A stretch of DNA of 64,000 bases. It comes from a virus. This document shows, in pieces, positions 14,366 through 24,182 of this stretch; position 1 is the stretch's first letter, and the number at the start of each line of letters is the position of its first letter. Below the pieces are notes generated by a model. It searched no databases. It had not been told where the DNA came from and was given only the letters and a program-made list of their open reading frames with translations. Both the position numbers and the translations under genes were made by a program. The stretch spans positions 1 to 64,000 of IMG/VR virus record IMGVR_UViG_3300032242_000488; one strand, given 5' to 3'.

Positions 14366-15778
14366 ATGAACGCATTTGTAAACGCAGTAGCGAACCAAGA
14401 AGCCCGTACCGCAAACGGTATGAAGGCTCGTAAGTCAACAGCCAAGAAGACTGTTGATCTTTTCTATAACATCGGTGCAAGCCGTGGCAAGAACATTGTT
14501 CCTGCTTTCACAGCGGCTTATGTCGAAAACCAAGACGTAGCACTACGCATCGCACAATGGGCACGTGATGTCCGTGGTGGTGCAGGTGAACGTCAACTTT
14601 TCCGTGACATTCTTGTTCACTTGGAAAAGACTGACCCAGACGCCGCTTTAGCTTTGCTTCGCAAGGTTCCAGAAGTTGGTCGTTGGGATGACATCTTTGT
14701 CTTCACCAACCCTGACCTAAAGTCAGCCGCTTACACTATGCTTGGCGATGCCTTGCGTGAACGTAACGGCCTGGCTGCAAAGTGGACTCCTCGTAAGGGT
14801 CAAATTGCCGCTGAAGTTCGTGCCTTCTTTGGCATGACTCCAAAGCAATACCGTAAGAGCCTTGTGGCTCTTACAAAGGTTGTTGAAACCCAAATGTGTG
14901 CAGGAGATTGGGATAACATCAACTTCAGTCACGTTCCTTCTGTAGCGGCTCGCCAATACAAGAAGGCATTCAACCGTCACACACCTGCATTTGCAGAGTA
15001 TGTTGCCAAGTTGGTAAGTGGTGATAAGACTGTTAAGGTTAACGCCAACGCAATCTTCCCACATGATGTGTTGAAGGGAGTGATCGGTAGCTACCGTGCA
15101 AGTTTGGACAAGACAGAAACTGACCATGTGATCGCACAATGGGACAGCTTGCCAAACTACGTAGGCGATGCTAGCATCATGCCAATCGTAGACGTTAGCG
15201 GTTCTATGTCTTGCCCAGCAGGAAAGAACACTGGCGTAACTTGCATGGACGTTTCAGTCAGCTTGGGCTTGTACCTAGCAGACAAGAACAAGGGCGTGTT
15301 CAAGGACACATTCTTGACTTTCTCTAGCAAGCCAGAACTTGTTACTCTAAAGGGTAACATTGTTCAAAAGGTTGCCCAAATGTCTAGTAGCAACTGGGAT
15401 ATGAGCACTAACTTGCATGCCGCTATGGACAAGATCCTAAGCGTTGCAGTTAAGGGTTCAGTACCAGCAAGCGACATGCCAGCCATGTTGCTGATCTTGT
15501 CAGACATGCAGTTTGACCAATGTGCTCGTTACGACGACACAGCAATGCAGATGATCGAACGCAAGTTCGAAACAGCTGGATATGCTGTGCCACAAATTGT
15601 TTTCTGGAACCTAAACAGTTCAGACAACGTGCCTGTTAAGGCAGACAAGAGTGGTGCGGCACTGGTAAGTGGATTCAGTCCATCAATCATGACTAGCTTG
15701 CTAGCCGCTGATTTGGATCAGTTCACTCCAGAAGGTATCATGTTGAAGACTGTAATGAGTGATCGTTACGCTCTTTGA
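14366..15778 (+). CDS. DUF2828-family TROVE/Ro60-like protein with C-terminal vWA domain
   Basis: RDVRGGAGER, GRWDD, LAAKWTPR, VPSVA helical region; vWA MIDAS DVSGS, SDMQFD, VFWNL, VSGFS. Confidence 0.8.
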   Translation: MNAFVNAVANQEARTANGMKARKSTAKKTVDLFYNIGASRGKNIVPAFTAAYVENQDVALRIAQWARDVRGGAGERQLFRDILVHLEKTDPDAALALLRKVPEVGRWDDIFVFTNPDLKSAAYTMLGDALRERNGLAAKWTPRKGQIAAEVRAFFGMTPKQYRKSLVALTKVVETQMCAGDWDNINFSHVPSVAARQYKKAFNRHTPAFAEYVAKLVSGDKTVKVNANAIFPHDVLKGVIGSYRASLDKTETDHVIAQWDSLPNYVGDASIMPIVDVSGSMSCPAGKNTGVTCMDVSVSLGLYLADKNKGVFKDTFLTFSSKPELVTLKGNIVQKVAQMSSSNWDMSTNLHAAMDKILSVAVKGSVPASDMPAMLLILSDMQFDQCARYDDTAMQMIERKFETAGYAVPQIVFWNLNSSDNVPVKADKSGAALVSGFSPSIMTSLLAADLDQFTPEGIMLKTVMSDRYAL

Positions 15779-15791
15779 AAACCTAAGTTTT

Positions 15792-15818
15792 AATAGGACC
15801 TTCGGGTCCTATTTTTTT
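15792..15818 (+). terminator. intrinsic terminator
   Basis: AATAGGACC-TTCG-GGTCCTATT followed by T run. Confidence 0.9.
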
Positions 15819-15832
15819 AATTAAATATAGGC

Positions 15833-16471
15833 ATGCAAACAATTACTATTGCCGGAACAGACATTAATATCATAGAAGGACCAATTGGCATAACGATGTC
15901 AGGTGGTGCTGATAGCTCATTGCTATGTTATATACTAATGAAATATGCTACTGGACCAATACATATCATCAATTTTAGTGATCGGTATCGCCAATGGGTG
16001 TCTCCCGGAAATGTAGCAAATGTCGTTGGGTTTTGTGTTGACAACACTGGATTTGATAGTAGTAAGGTTTTTATGAATACATACTTCATGCCTCAGAAAA
16101 CTATTTCTGTAATGGCTGAACGAATTAAAAGTTATACAGAACAAAATATCGTTTCAATAGTATATGGTGCAACAACATCAACTCCACCTGAAGAAGATTT
16201 AAAACTTTTTAAAGTTAAGACTATTGATTATATATCGACTTCTAGAGATCCTAATGTTAGTAAAGAACTAGTAAGCCCAATAGGATATTATAGACCATTT
16301 TTTAATATAGATAAGAAACAAATCAAAAAGATGTACGATGAGCTTGGGCTAACTGAAACACTATTTCCAATAACTCGATCTTGTGATAACCCCAAAGTAA
16401 AAACAGGTCACTGTAATGGAAAATGTTGGTGGTGCGAAGAACGAAAATGGGCATTTGGCACTTATGAATAG
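15833..16471 (+). CDS. QueC-like PP-loop ATPase
   Basis: SGGADS PP-loop; C-terminal TRSC...HCNGKCWWC Zn cluster. Confidence 0.65.
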   Translation: MQTITIAGTDINIIEGPIGITMSGGADSSLLCYILMKYATGPIHIINFSDRYRQWVSPGNVANVVGFCVDNTGFDSSKVFMNTYFMPQKTISVMAERIKSYTEQNIVSIVYGATTSTPPEEDLKLFKVKTIDYISTSRDPNVSKELVSPIGYYRPFFNIDKKQIKKMYDELGLTETLFPITRSCDNPKVKTGHCNGKCWWCEERKWAFGTYE

Positions 16472-16505
16472 TGTTGTAGAAACACAACAACCATAAACCC
16501 TGCTA

Positions 16506-16534
16506 TTGACAGGGTTTTCTTTTGAGTTTATAAT
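16506..16534 (+). promoter_or_regulatory. sigma70 promoter overlapping terminator hairpin
   Basis: TTGACA-N17-TATAAT inside AAACCCTG/CAGGGTTT. Confidence 0.8.
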
Positions 16535-16540
16535 AGTCGT

Positions 16541-16768
16541 ATGTATAAAATAATAGGAAAAGAAGAAACATTCAAAGTTCTTACACTTAGTGAAGCAATG
16601 AATGTGGCCAAATCATTAAATGAGTTTGTGACTATTAAGGGTCCAGGCTTTGAAATTGTAGGCCTGTTTGGAGTCGATTCAATCAAAGACGGCAAATGCC
16701 CAGATGGCGTTGCCTATGATTGGAATAAAGCGAGCCGTATAGGTCGCGTTAAAAAGGAGAGAACGTAA
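16541..16768 (+). CDS. hypothetical protein
   Basis: ORF directly after promoter, coupled to next gene. Confidence 0.6.
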   Translation: MYKIIGKEETFKVLTLSEAMNVAKSLNEFVTIKGPGFEIVGLFGVDSIKDGKCPDGVAYDWNKASRIGRVKKERT

Positions 16769-17235
16769 TGCCCTGGATTGAAAACGTAGCCGCAAGTGAT
16801 ATCCCAATTGGATTCCATCACGATGCTGGCCCTAATAGTATGCTGATCAGCATTGTTGATCCTGCAAGCTGGCGCCCTGAAGCCAAACACCAATTCAAAG
16901 AGCGTCATGACTTTGAGTTTTTGGATGTAGAAGAAAAGGATGAAGTGCTGGAAGAAGCAATGAAGTGCAGTCAAGAGCAAGCAAATCAACTTGTGGCTCT
17001 TTTACAACACGCATTGGACAACCGTATGAATGTTGTTGTTCATTGCTTTGCGGGCATCTGCCGGTCGGGTGCGGTTTGTGAAGTTGGAGTCATGATGGGC
17101 TTTGACGATACAGAACGTTTCCGTAGTCCTAACCTGCTGGTCAAGCATCGCATGATGAAGGCTTTGGGTTGGACTTATGATCCAGATGAAAAACCAAATA
17201 TCGACGATTGGAGAACCTTTAAATCGGTTGACTAG
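16768..17235 (+). CDS. protein-tyrosine/dual-specificity phosphatase-like protein
   Basis: HCFAGICRS (HCxxGxxR) P-loop. Confidence 0.8.
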   Translation: MPWIENVAASDIPIGFHHDAGPNSMLISIVDPASWRPEAKHQFKERHDFEFLDVEEKDEVLEEAMKCSQEQANQLVALLQHALDNRMNVVVHCFAGICRSGAVCEVGVMMGFDDTERFRSPNLLVKHRMMKALGWTYDPDEKPNIDDWRTFKSVD

Positions 17236-17281
17236 GTGCAGGAATGATGTTATAATAACATTATAGCAACAAGGAGCGCAC

Positions 17282-17683
17282 ATGGATATTCGAGTTGAAG
17301 CACGTAGCCAAAAGAAGAAGAAGTTTATAGAAGCTATTCTTCCATCAATGGTCACACAGCTGGGTTTGGATAATAGCAGAAAATCTGTTCTAATCAGACT
17401 TGAGCAAGACTGTGCGGGTATGGGTTTTACTTTACCTATTGATCCTCTTGATAGTTACGTTGTAGTCATCAAGCCTTCAATGAGCATTAAGGATATTGGA
17501 CTTACACTTGCACACGAAATGGTTCATGTGCGACAGTTTGCCAAAGGTATCCTTAAGGTAAAGAATGGTGTAAACTATTGGAAGGGCAAAAAGTTTACCA
17601 AGCGAACTAAGTACTTGGATCAACCTTGGGAGCAGGATGCCTTTGCAAGACAAGAAATCATTTTTAGAAAATCAATCGAGTAA
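17282..17683 (+). CDS. zinc metallopeptidase-like protein
   Basis: LAHEMVHVRQ HExxH motif and PWEQDA; own promoter TTGACT-N17-TATAAT at 17228-17256. Confidence 0.7.
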   Translation: MDIRVEARSQKKKKFIEAILPSMVTQLGLDNSRKSVLIRLEQDCAGMGFTLPIDPLDSYVVVIKPSMSIKDIGLTLAHEMVHVRQFAKGILKVKNGVNYWKGKKFTKRTKYLDQPWEQDAFARQEIIFRKSIE

Positions 17684-17693
17684 AGGATACTAA

Positions 17694-17867
17694 ATGGCAG
17701 GCAAAGCAAAATCAGTTTATCTAACGATAACTAAAAAAGGTTCAATGAAAACAGAATTTCATAGAATGTTTTTTGATGCTAAGGGATACAACGAGTACGT
17801 TAAGTCGGAAGAGTTCAAAGACAAATGGCCTGCTAGTGAGTATAATATTATAAAAGAAGTTTATTAA
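17694..17867 (+). CDS. small hypothetical protein (57 aa, not in ORF track)
   Basis: AAGGA RBS, MAGKAKSVYLTITKK... Confidence 0.55.
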   Translation: MAGKAKSVYLTITKKGSMKTEFHRMFFDAKGYNEYVKSEEFKDKWPASEYNIIKEVY

Positions 17868-17882
17868 AGAAAGGAGGGCAAG

Positions 17883-18488
17883 ATGCCTAGTGTATTTTTA
17901 GTTAGCGACACGCATTTCGGACATACCGGCGTCTGCCGCTTCACCCGTAATGACGGTGTTACAAAGTTAAGGCCGTGGGACGATGCAGACGAGATGGATG
18001 AAGCCATGGTCAAGGCTTGGAACGAAAGAGTCAAGCCTACTGACAAGGTCTATCATTTAGGTGACGTAGTTATCAACCGCAAGGCTTTAAACATCATGAG
18101 TCGCTTAAACGGCGACAAGGTCTTAATCCGTGGCAACCACGACATCTTCCGTGATGACGAGTACCGTATGTATTTTCGAGAGTTACGTGCATATCATGTT
18201 ATGAACGGAATGATCTTAAGCCATATTCCGTTACACTCAGACTCAATGGGACGTTTTGGCACTAACATTCACGGTCACACTCATGCAAATCGCGTGAAGA
18301 AGGCTCGAGGTGTTGATGCTAGAACTGGAGAGATCTTATACAGTGATGAGAACGATGTCCGCTACCATTGCGTATGCGTAGAACAGACCCCGGACTTTGC
18401 TCCCATCTTGTTTGAAGATGTTATCCGTAACATCGAAGCTGAAGGTGGAAGTGTTGGATTTAAGAACGGTAACGGGCCTACAATGTAG
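17883..18488 (+). CDS. calcineurin-like metallophosphoesterase
   Basis: SDTHFGH, LGD, GNHD, HGHTH. Confidence 0.9.
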   Translation: MPSVFLVSDTHFGHTGVCRFTRNDGVTKLRPWDDADEMDEAMVKAWNERVKPTDKVYHLGDVVINRKALNIMSRLNGDKVLIRGNHDIFRDDEYRMYFRELRAYHVMNGMILSHIPLHSDSMGRFGTNIHGHTHANRVKKARGVDARTGEILYSDENDVRYHCVCVEQTPDFAPILFEDVIRNIEAEGGSVGFKNGNGPTM

Positions 18489-18509
18489 GCTCGTTTTTAA
18501 GGAGTTAAC

Positions 18510-18701
18510 ATGATTAGATTAAACGTATTTGAATTGGATAAGATCAAAAAAATCTGTGAAGAAGTTGGCACAGAATACTTTGAGTTGGAGCAGAATAATA
18601 AGTCCGGCATTGGTAGCATTCTTACCCTAACCTATGACACAGAGATTGCAGGACACTCTGCAAAGATTTCTATTGAAGTATCAGGTGTGGAGAACTGGTA
18701 A
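18510..18701 (+). CDS. hypothetical protein
   Basis: AAGGAG RBS. Confidence 0.6.
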   Translation: MIRLNVFELDKIKKICEEVGTEYFELEQNNKSGIGSILTLTYDTEIAGHSAKISIEVSGVENW

Positions 18702-18868
18702 TGAAAATTAAATTTGATAAAGACACAATGCCCGATCATTTGTACAATACGCTGTTACAGCATTTTGTAAATGAAGCAGTGGGTCTAGGTGTAGAAGTCA
18801 ACAAGTTTACCGAGTTTACCAACTGGGTAATTGAATGTGAAGTAGATGTAAAGGAAGCGGTGCATTAA
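18701..18868 (+). CDS. small hypothetical protein (55 aa, not in ORF track)
   Basis: TAATG coupling at both ends. Confidence 0.55.
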   Translation: MKIKFDKDTMPDHLYNTLLQHFVNEAVGLGVEVNKFTEFTNWVIECEVDVKEAVH

Positions 18869-19335
18869 TGCCTAAGTGTTATCAACTTATCGGAGTACCT
18901 TGTGCAGGCAAAAGCACTTGGACCAAGAGCCAAGAATGGATCTTGGGCATGGAGTACGTGAGTACTGATCACCATGTTGAAGTCTATGCTGAACAACAAG
19001 GTAAGACTTACTCGGAAGTGTTTAAGGATTACATGCCAACCGCAGTAGATCTAATGGCTAAAGAAGTCGTAGAAGCTCGTACAGCAGGTCGCGATATCAT
19101 TTGGGATCAGACTAGCACTACTGTTAAAAGTCGTACTCGTAAGTTTGCTATGCTTCCTGACTATTGGCATATTGCTGTGGTATTCCGTACACCTAAGATA
19201 GAAGTTTTAAAAGAACGTTTGGCTAGTAGAGAAGCAAGTGGAAAGATCGTCCCTTGGGAAGTTGTACAAGGTATGATTGATGCATGGGAAGAACCTACTA
19301 CTGAAGAAGGATTCAAAGAGATTTGGTATGTATGA
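18868..19335 (+). CDS. P-loop kinase (polynucleotide kinase/AAA_33-like)
   Basis: GVPCAGKST Walker A, WDQT, RxxxR lid. Confidence 0.8.
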   Translation: MPKCYQLIGVPCAGKSTWTKSQEWILGMEYVSTDHHVEVYAEQQGKTYSEVFKDYMPTAVDLMAKEVVEARTAGRDIIWDQTSTTVKSRTRKFAMLPDYWHIAVVFRTPKIEVLKERLASREASGKIVPWEVVQGMIDAWEEPTTEEGFKEIWYV

Positions 19336-19412
19336 TAACCAACATGGAGATAATTTTTAGAAGGTAATGATAAGTATTCTTACTTGTCGTTACCTTTTTT
19401 TTTGAATTTTAA

Positions 19413-19763
19413 ATGCTAACTGTCCTTTCCCTACTGCTACTCAAACACTGGTATGTTGATTTTGTACACCAGACAACAGACCACATCCAACACAAAGGTA
19501 TATACGGACACCCAAAAGGCCTTGAACACTCATTGTGGCACGGCTTTTATACCGCACTCATCTTCTTTTTGGTTCTGTCTTTTGAAGAAGCTGTTCTACT
19601 AGGTTTGGCTGATTTTGTCTTGCATTATCATATAGATTATGTTAAAATGCAATACGGGGAGAAAGATTTAAATGAGAAAAGATTCTGGAGCCATTTTGGC
19701 CTAGATCAATTTGCTCATCAAATCACTTATATTTTATTAACAGCAATCGCAATGGGACTTTAA
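19413..19763 (+). CDS. DUF3307-like membrane protein
   Basis: HWYVDF, HSLWHG, HYHIDYVK, GLDQFAH. Confidence 0.7.
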   Translation: MLTVLSLLLLKHWYVDFVHQTTDHIQHKGIYGHPKGLEHSLWHGFYTALIFFLVLSFEEAVLLGLADFVLHYHIDYVKMQYGEKDLNEKRFWSHFGLDQFAHQITYILLTAIAMGL

Positions 19764-20296
19764 TGGCACAGCACTTAATGGTAGACTTGGAAACACTAGA
19801 TACAAAGACTACAGCAACAATTCTAACTCTGGGAGCAGTAAGGTTTGATCCTTTTACCAATGCTCCAATGAAAGAGCTTTATCTACGTGTAGACATCGAT
19901 AGCCAAGACAAACTAGGCTGTACTGTCAGTGACGATACACTCAAATGGTGGAGTTCTCAAAATACTGATGTTAAAGAAGAAGCATTTAATCCCTTAAACC
20001 GTATTCCAATCCACGAAGTTATCAATCAGTTTCATGCACTGGCTTGGGGCTGTAGTCATTTCTGGTCACATGGCGCTACATTTGACTTGATGATTTTACA
20101 GAACATTTATGAAAAATTAGGTCGTGCATATCCTTGGAACTTCTGGGAGATGCGAGATACTCGTACATTATTTGAGTTAGCAGATCCAGATATGCCACAG
20201 GACTCAAAACACAATGCCTTAGAAGATGCAAAACGTCAAGCAATCGGAGTGAAGAATGTCTATAGAAAAATTGGATTTACCGGATACAAGCGTTGA
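19763..20296 (+). CDS. DEDDh 3'-5' exonuclease (Rv2179c/ExoVIII-like)
   Basis: MVDLET, GATFD, RDTRT, HNALEDA. Confidence 0.85.
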   Translation: MAQHLMVDLETLDTKTTATILTLGAVRFDPFTNAPMKELYLRVDIDSQDKLGCTVSDDTLKWWSSQNTDVKEEAFNPLNRIPIHEVINQFHALAWGCSHFWSHGATFDLMILQNIYEKLGRAYPWNFWEMRDTRTLFELADPDMPQDSKHNALEDAKRQAIGVKNVYRKIGFTGYKR

Positions 20297-20843
20297 AGTA
20301 AGCTCTAGTCCAGAACTTCATACCTTTCAAAAAGAAGGGTATATCCAACGCTGTGAGGAAGAGGGCAAGGAGCCTAATCCCGACTATGTTAACATGTACA
20401 AGACTTGGCGTGAACAAGAAGCAGAGGAAATTAAAGATCCCAAGTGGAGGAAAGATAATCTCGAATATGATCTTCGCAGTACTGATTGGATATTAGAAAA
20501 AGCTCGTACTAACGATAACTATGCCCAAAATATCTATGCGGCCCTATGTAATATGCGTTGGCAACGTATTGGTATGTGGCCTGCTCTTAAAGATGAATAT
20601 TGGTCTTGCAGTTGGAGAAGTGCAGGAGGAGTTGTTGCTGACATGTTAGGTAAAGGCGATTACATTGACTGGTACTGTAGTGGCATTGGTAGTCAAGACA
20701 CTGGATACGGATTAAGTGATAAGAAGCCAGAACTTGACGAAGACGGTAGAACCTATGTACCGGAAGGTCTAGTAACTGAAGAAATACGTAAAGACTTCCA
20801 AACACTAGGATGGGTACCTAGTGAATGGCCAGACGAAGATTAA
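20256..20843 (+). CDS. hypothetical phage protein
   Basis: Long ORF in operon. Confidence 0.65.
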   Translation: MSIEKLDLPDTSVEVSSSPELHTFQKEGYIQRCEEEGKEPNPDYVNMYKTWREQEAEEIKDPKWRKDNLEYDLRSTDWILEKARTNDNYAQNIYAALCNMRWQRIGMWPALKDEYWSCSWRSAGGVVADMLGKGDYIDWYCSGIGSQDTGYGLSDKKPELDEDGRTYVPEGLVTEEIRKDFQTLGWVPSEWPDED

Positions 20844-20851
20844 ATACACAT

Positions 20852-21019
20852 ATGAAAACAACTTATCTAGTAGAAGAACTATTCGAAGACATTGAAGGTG
20901 ATCCTGACAATGTTATATTTAAAATCCCACCTGAAATTTGTGAACTACAGGGTTGGAAAGAAGGCGACACAATGCACATTGAAGTCGTTGAAGGCTCAAT
21001 GATCATCAAAAAAATATGA
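20852..21019 (+). CDS. AbrB/MazE-like small protein
   Basis: KIPPEICELQGWKEGD swapped-hairpin pattern; TAAATA upstream. Confidence 0.55.
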   Translation: MKTTYLVEELFEDIEGDPDNVIFKIPPEICELQGWKEGDTMHIEVVEGSMIIKKI

Positions 21020-21231
21020 GCAAAGAAGATTTAATCGAGTTGGAAGGTCTCATTTCCGAAGTACTTCCGGCTAACATGTTTCGAGTTACTTTGGAAAATA
21101 AACACACTATCACCTGCTATACCAACGGCAGACTTCGACAAAATAAAATCAAAATGATTTTAGGTGATCGTGTTAGAGTAGAAATGTCACCCTATGATAT
21201 GTCAAAAGGACGTATCACCTATCGTCTCTAA
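21016..21231 (+). CDS. infA: translation initiation factor IF-1
   Basis: MSKEDLIELEG...LPANMFRVTLEN...GDRVRVEMSPYDMSKGRITYR. Confidence 0.95.
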   Translation: MSKEDLIELEGLISEVLPANMFRVTLENKHTITCYTNGRLRQNKIKMILGDRVRVEMSPYDMSKGRITYRL

Positions 21232-21313
21232 ACTAAATATTTGTGCGAACACTTGCTAGGACATGAACTAGCATGACGCACTTGCAACCCATTAATAAAG
21301 GAGATGAAATATT

Positions 21314-22360
21314 ATGGCGCAATTACATACAGCAACTCTCACCGCTGAGGAATTTGAAACACTATTTGGATTCCCAGAGTCTAGTGGATTATTTGAAAAT
21401 TCACAATTCCGATTAGTACTTAATAAATTTGGCAGATGCTATTGGCTATTAAGCATAGACAATTTGCAAGGTCCTCGATTTAGTGGAGTCAATGTCTACT
21501 ATCAAGGCAACAATAGTCGACTAATTAGAACCATTTATCCGAATGCCAGACGTATTATTGACGTCGGTGCTAACGTAGGCAACAACACTATTGCCTATGC
21601 TGAATGGGCAGAGAATGTAGAGTCGTTTGAACCCACACCAACTACACTGACCATGCTCAAAGCCAATATTGAAATTGCCAAAAAGAGCAACCTACATGGT
21701 ATCTATTGGCAGGGTGATCAAAATCAAGGTCAGATATTCCGAGATCCCGCACCCGCTGTAGGTTGGTACTATTGGAAAGGTGTTCCGCAAAGCATGAACA
21801 TCAAGGCCAATATCAACTTACATGAAGTAGCAGTCACTAATAGAAACGTAGGCACTATTGGTATTCAAGATCATCCCGAACACGGTGGTCATAACTTTGC
21901 AGTCTACAATACTACACAGGTTAAAAAAGCACAGCATGTGGTCAATGTACCTGCTAGAACCATTGACAGTTTCAACTTTGAAGATGTTGATGCTATTAAG
22001 ATTGACGTAGAAGGTAGCGAACTATTTGTAATCGAAGGTGCTAAAGACACTATTGACAAATATCGTCCAAGCGTACAGGTAGAGATTGTTCCAAAACAAT
22101 GCGGACAATATGGATATCATCCACAAGACCTATATGATTTCTTTGCTCAAAGAGATTATGTATGCGTATGTGCAGTTCGAAAGCCAGCCAATCCAGAACA
22201 ACGCGGATTGTTTTTTGGAAAAGATATTGGAATGACCCATCAACAAATTCCAAAATATATGGATAGACTGTTTGTACCACGTGAAGTACACCTAGCTACA
22301 GACTACGGTGCTATGGAACAAGCAGACAACAAGTTCGAATCTTTATTCGATTTTGGTTAA
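21314..22360 (+). CDS. FkbM-family methyltransferase
   Basis: IDVGANVG, FEP, IKIDVEGSE. Confidence 0.85.
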   Translation: MAQLHTATLTAEEFETLFGFPESSGLFENSQFRLVLNKFGRCYWLLSIDNLQGPRFSGVNVYYQGNNSRLIRTIYPNARRIIDVGANVGNNTIAYAEWAENVESFEPTPTTLTMLKANIEIAKKSNLHGIYWQGDQNQGQIFRDPAPAVGWYYWKGVPQSMNIKANINLHEVAVTNRNVGTIGIQDHPEHGGHNFAVYNTTQVKKAQHVVNVPARTIDSFNFEDVDAIKIDVEGSELFVIEGAKDTIDKYRPSVQVEIVPKQCGQYGYHPQDLYDFFAQRDYVCVCAVRKPANPEQRGLFFGKDIGMTHQQIPKYMDRLFVPREVHLATDYGAMEQADNKFESLFDFG

Positions 22361-22368
22361 ATTGAGTT

Positions 22369-22406
22369 AAAAGGGTGTTGACAAACACCCTTTTTTATTG
22401 TATAAT
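22369..22406 (+). promoter_or_regulatory. terminator hairpin overlapping sigma70 promoter
   Basis: AAAAGGGTGTT-GACA-AACACCCTTTTTT containing TTGACA (22378), TATAAT at 22401. Confidence 0.8.
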
Positions 22407-22490
22407 AACAGCACAGTAAGAAAACAGTCTATGACTAGATCCTTATTGTTTTTATCAACCCAATGCGTCTTTGACGCTTAAAGGAAAACC

Positions 22491-24182
22491 ATGTCAATTA
22501 GTGAAACTATTGCCCTCCAATCTGCAGAGGCGCATATCAAAACTCAGTCTACAATTTCAAAGACTGTTCAATCAAATTTTACTCCCCCAATTCAAGAAGT
22601 ATACTATAATCCAGATTTGGATAAAATAGAATTTTCTGATGACTTTCGTTACACTATCGAAATAGTTCCAAACTATGAACTGATCTATGAAGGTTGTACA
22701 GAAGATATGAATGCGGCATTTGGTTTAGATCTTGATACTACACCTTACGAAATTTCGCAATTATCCGACTCTATGAAAAAAGGTATTAAGGATAGATTAA
22801 AGACCGCGTTGAACGGAACTAATAAATGGTTCAATGCTAATATTCAAAATACTGACGAAGTTAAGGCGGCAGCAGATGAGATACGAGAAATGCTTAAGGC
22901 AATTGCTTATTCTAAATGTTTCTTTGTCGAAGACGAGGCAGGAGTAGTTCGCGGCGTCCGCCCACCGACATCTTTCAAAGTACAAGCAGGAATGAGCAAT
23001 GTCCCTTGGAAATTTATGTATATTGATTTTAAAGCCCAACGTTGGACCGATATTGCTCACGTTGTTGACAAATTACTCGATTATGATTCTCTTAAAAACT
23101 TAGGTTCATCCGGTCGATTTGATCCTTCCGGTCTTCGAGTTGATATTAATGATGGACGTCATAGTGCAATGCTATTAGCACTTACTGGTTGTCCTTATTG
23201 TTTAGTATCTGGACCAGTTAGCGATAAACGATCTGTTAATATGATTGTTTTTACTGTAAAAAATTCATTAGCAAAACCGGTGTCTCCATACGACGAGCTT
23301 CATACTGTTTTAGGCAAAGCAGAACTTGAGCGAGATGAAGGCGGAGTACATACTATTGATACACGTATCTATACGCTGTCTGCTTCTAAATTTAGAACAT
23401 CTGACAAACAAGTTTATGAAATGTTTCAACTATTAAATAAATTTAGTATTGAACTAGTACCACCAGAATTGGGTAAAGTTAATCGTCGTGCTCTACAACC
23501 TGCACAATGGTATCGCGTTGATAAATTAATTGAATTTATTCAAAATACAAAATATTGCTCTTGGAAACACGATCAAGAAATTAACGACACATTATTGTTT
23601 GATGCTTTATATATTATGAAAGAACAAATTATCGATAATGGCGGCTACGCGGCACACGAGTTAATTTGGGCTATTTTAGAACTATTTGCAATAACAGAGA
23701 AGACCTCCGGACTTACTGAAGTTAAGCGAAAAAAAATGCGCGAGGCTGTTATAGAAGCTCTTAAAGAATGGTTACCTAAAGTGAACGCAAATGCTCCTCG
23801 TAAGATGATGGATCGGTCTTATTACTTCTACGAGCAATGGGGTTCTGCAAGCAAACGTGTTCCTGCTACACATTCACTGTCGGCTCTAGAGCCAACAAAG
23901 AAAAAACATATTGATACATTCCTAGCAACAGGTCTTTGGTCAATTATTAATGAATGCTCAAAGTTAACGAAGACTCAAAAGGCATTGTTTGATTGTCCCG
24001 AACTCACTTGGATTATTTCTCAGCAGGATGGCTCTCTTAAAGAACATACTGGACAACTGCTTGACGATCGCAATTTACCATTTAGTTTTGATAACAGTTT
24101 TAAAACTGTAGTTACTAAAAAAACTAAAATGGCATCTGTCACTGTAGTTGGAGATGATGAAGATGAATCAGACGACGAATAA
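22491..24182 (+). CDS. hypothetical protein, possible ParB/DGQHR-like domain
   Basis: AQR...INDGRHS motif; otherwise unrecognised. Confidence 0.5.
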   Translation: MSISETIALQSAEAHIKTQSTISKTVQSNFTPPIQEVYYNPDLDKIEFSDDFRYTIEIVPNYELIYEGCTEDMNAAFGLDLDTTPYEISQLSDSMKKGIKDRLKTALNGTNKWFNANIQNTDEVKAAADEIREMLKAIAYSKCFFVEDEAGVVRGVRPPTSFKVQAGMSNVPWKFMYIDFKAQRWTDIAHVVDKLLDYDSLKNLGSSGRFDPSGLRVDINDGRHSAMLLALTGCPYCLVSGPVSDKRSVNMIVFTVKNSLAKPVSPYDELHTVLGKAELERDEGGVHTIDTRIYTLSASKFRTSDKQVYEMFQLLNKFSIELVPPELGKVNRRALQPAQWYRVDKLIEFIQNTKYCSWKHDQEINDTLLFDALYIMKEQIIDNGGYAAHELIWAILELFAITEKTSGLTEVKRKKMREAVIEALKEWLPKVNANAPRKMMDRSYYFYEQWGSASKRVPATHSLSALEPTKKKHIDTFLATGLWSIINECSKLTKTQKALFDCPELTWIISQQDGSLKEHTGQLLDDRNLPFSFDNSFKTVVTKKTKMASVTVVGDDEDESDDE

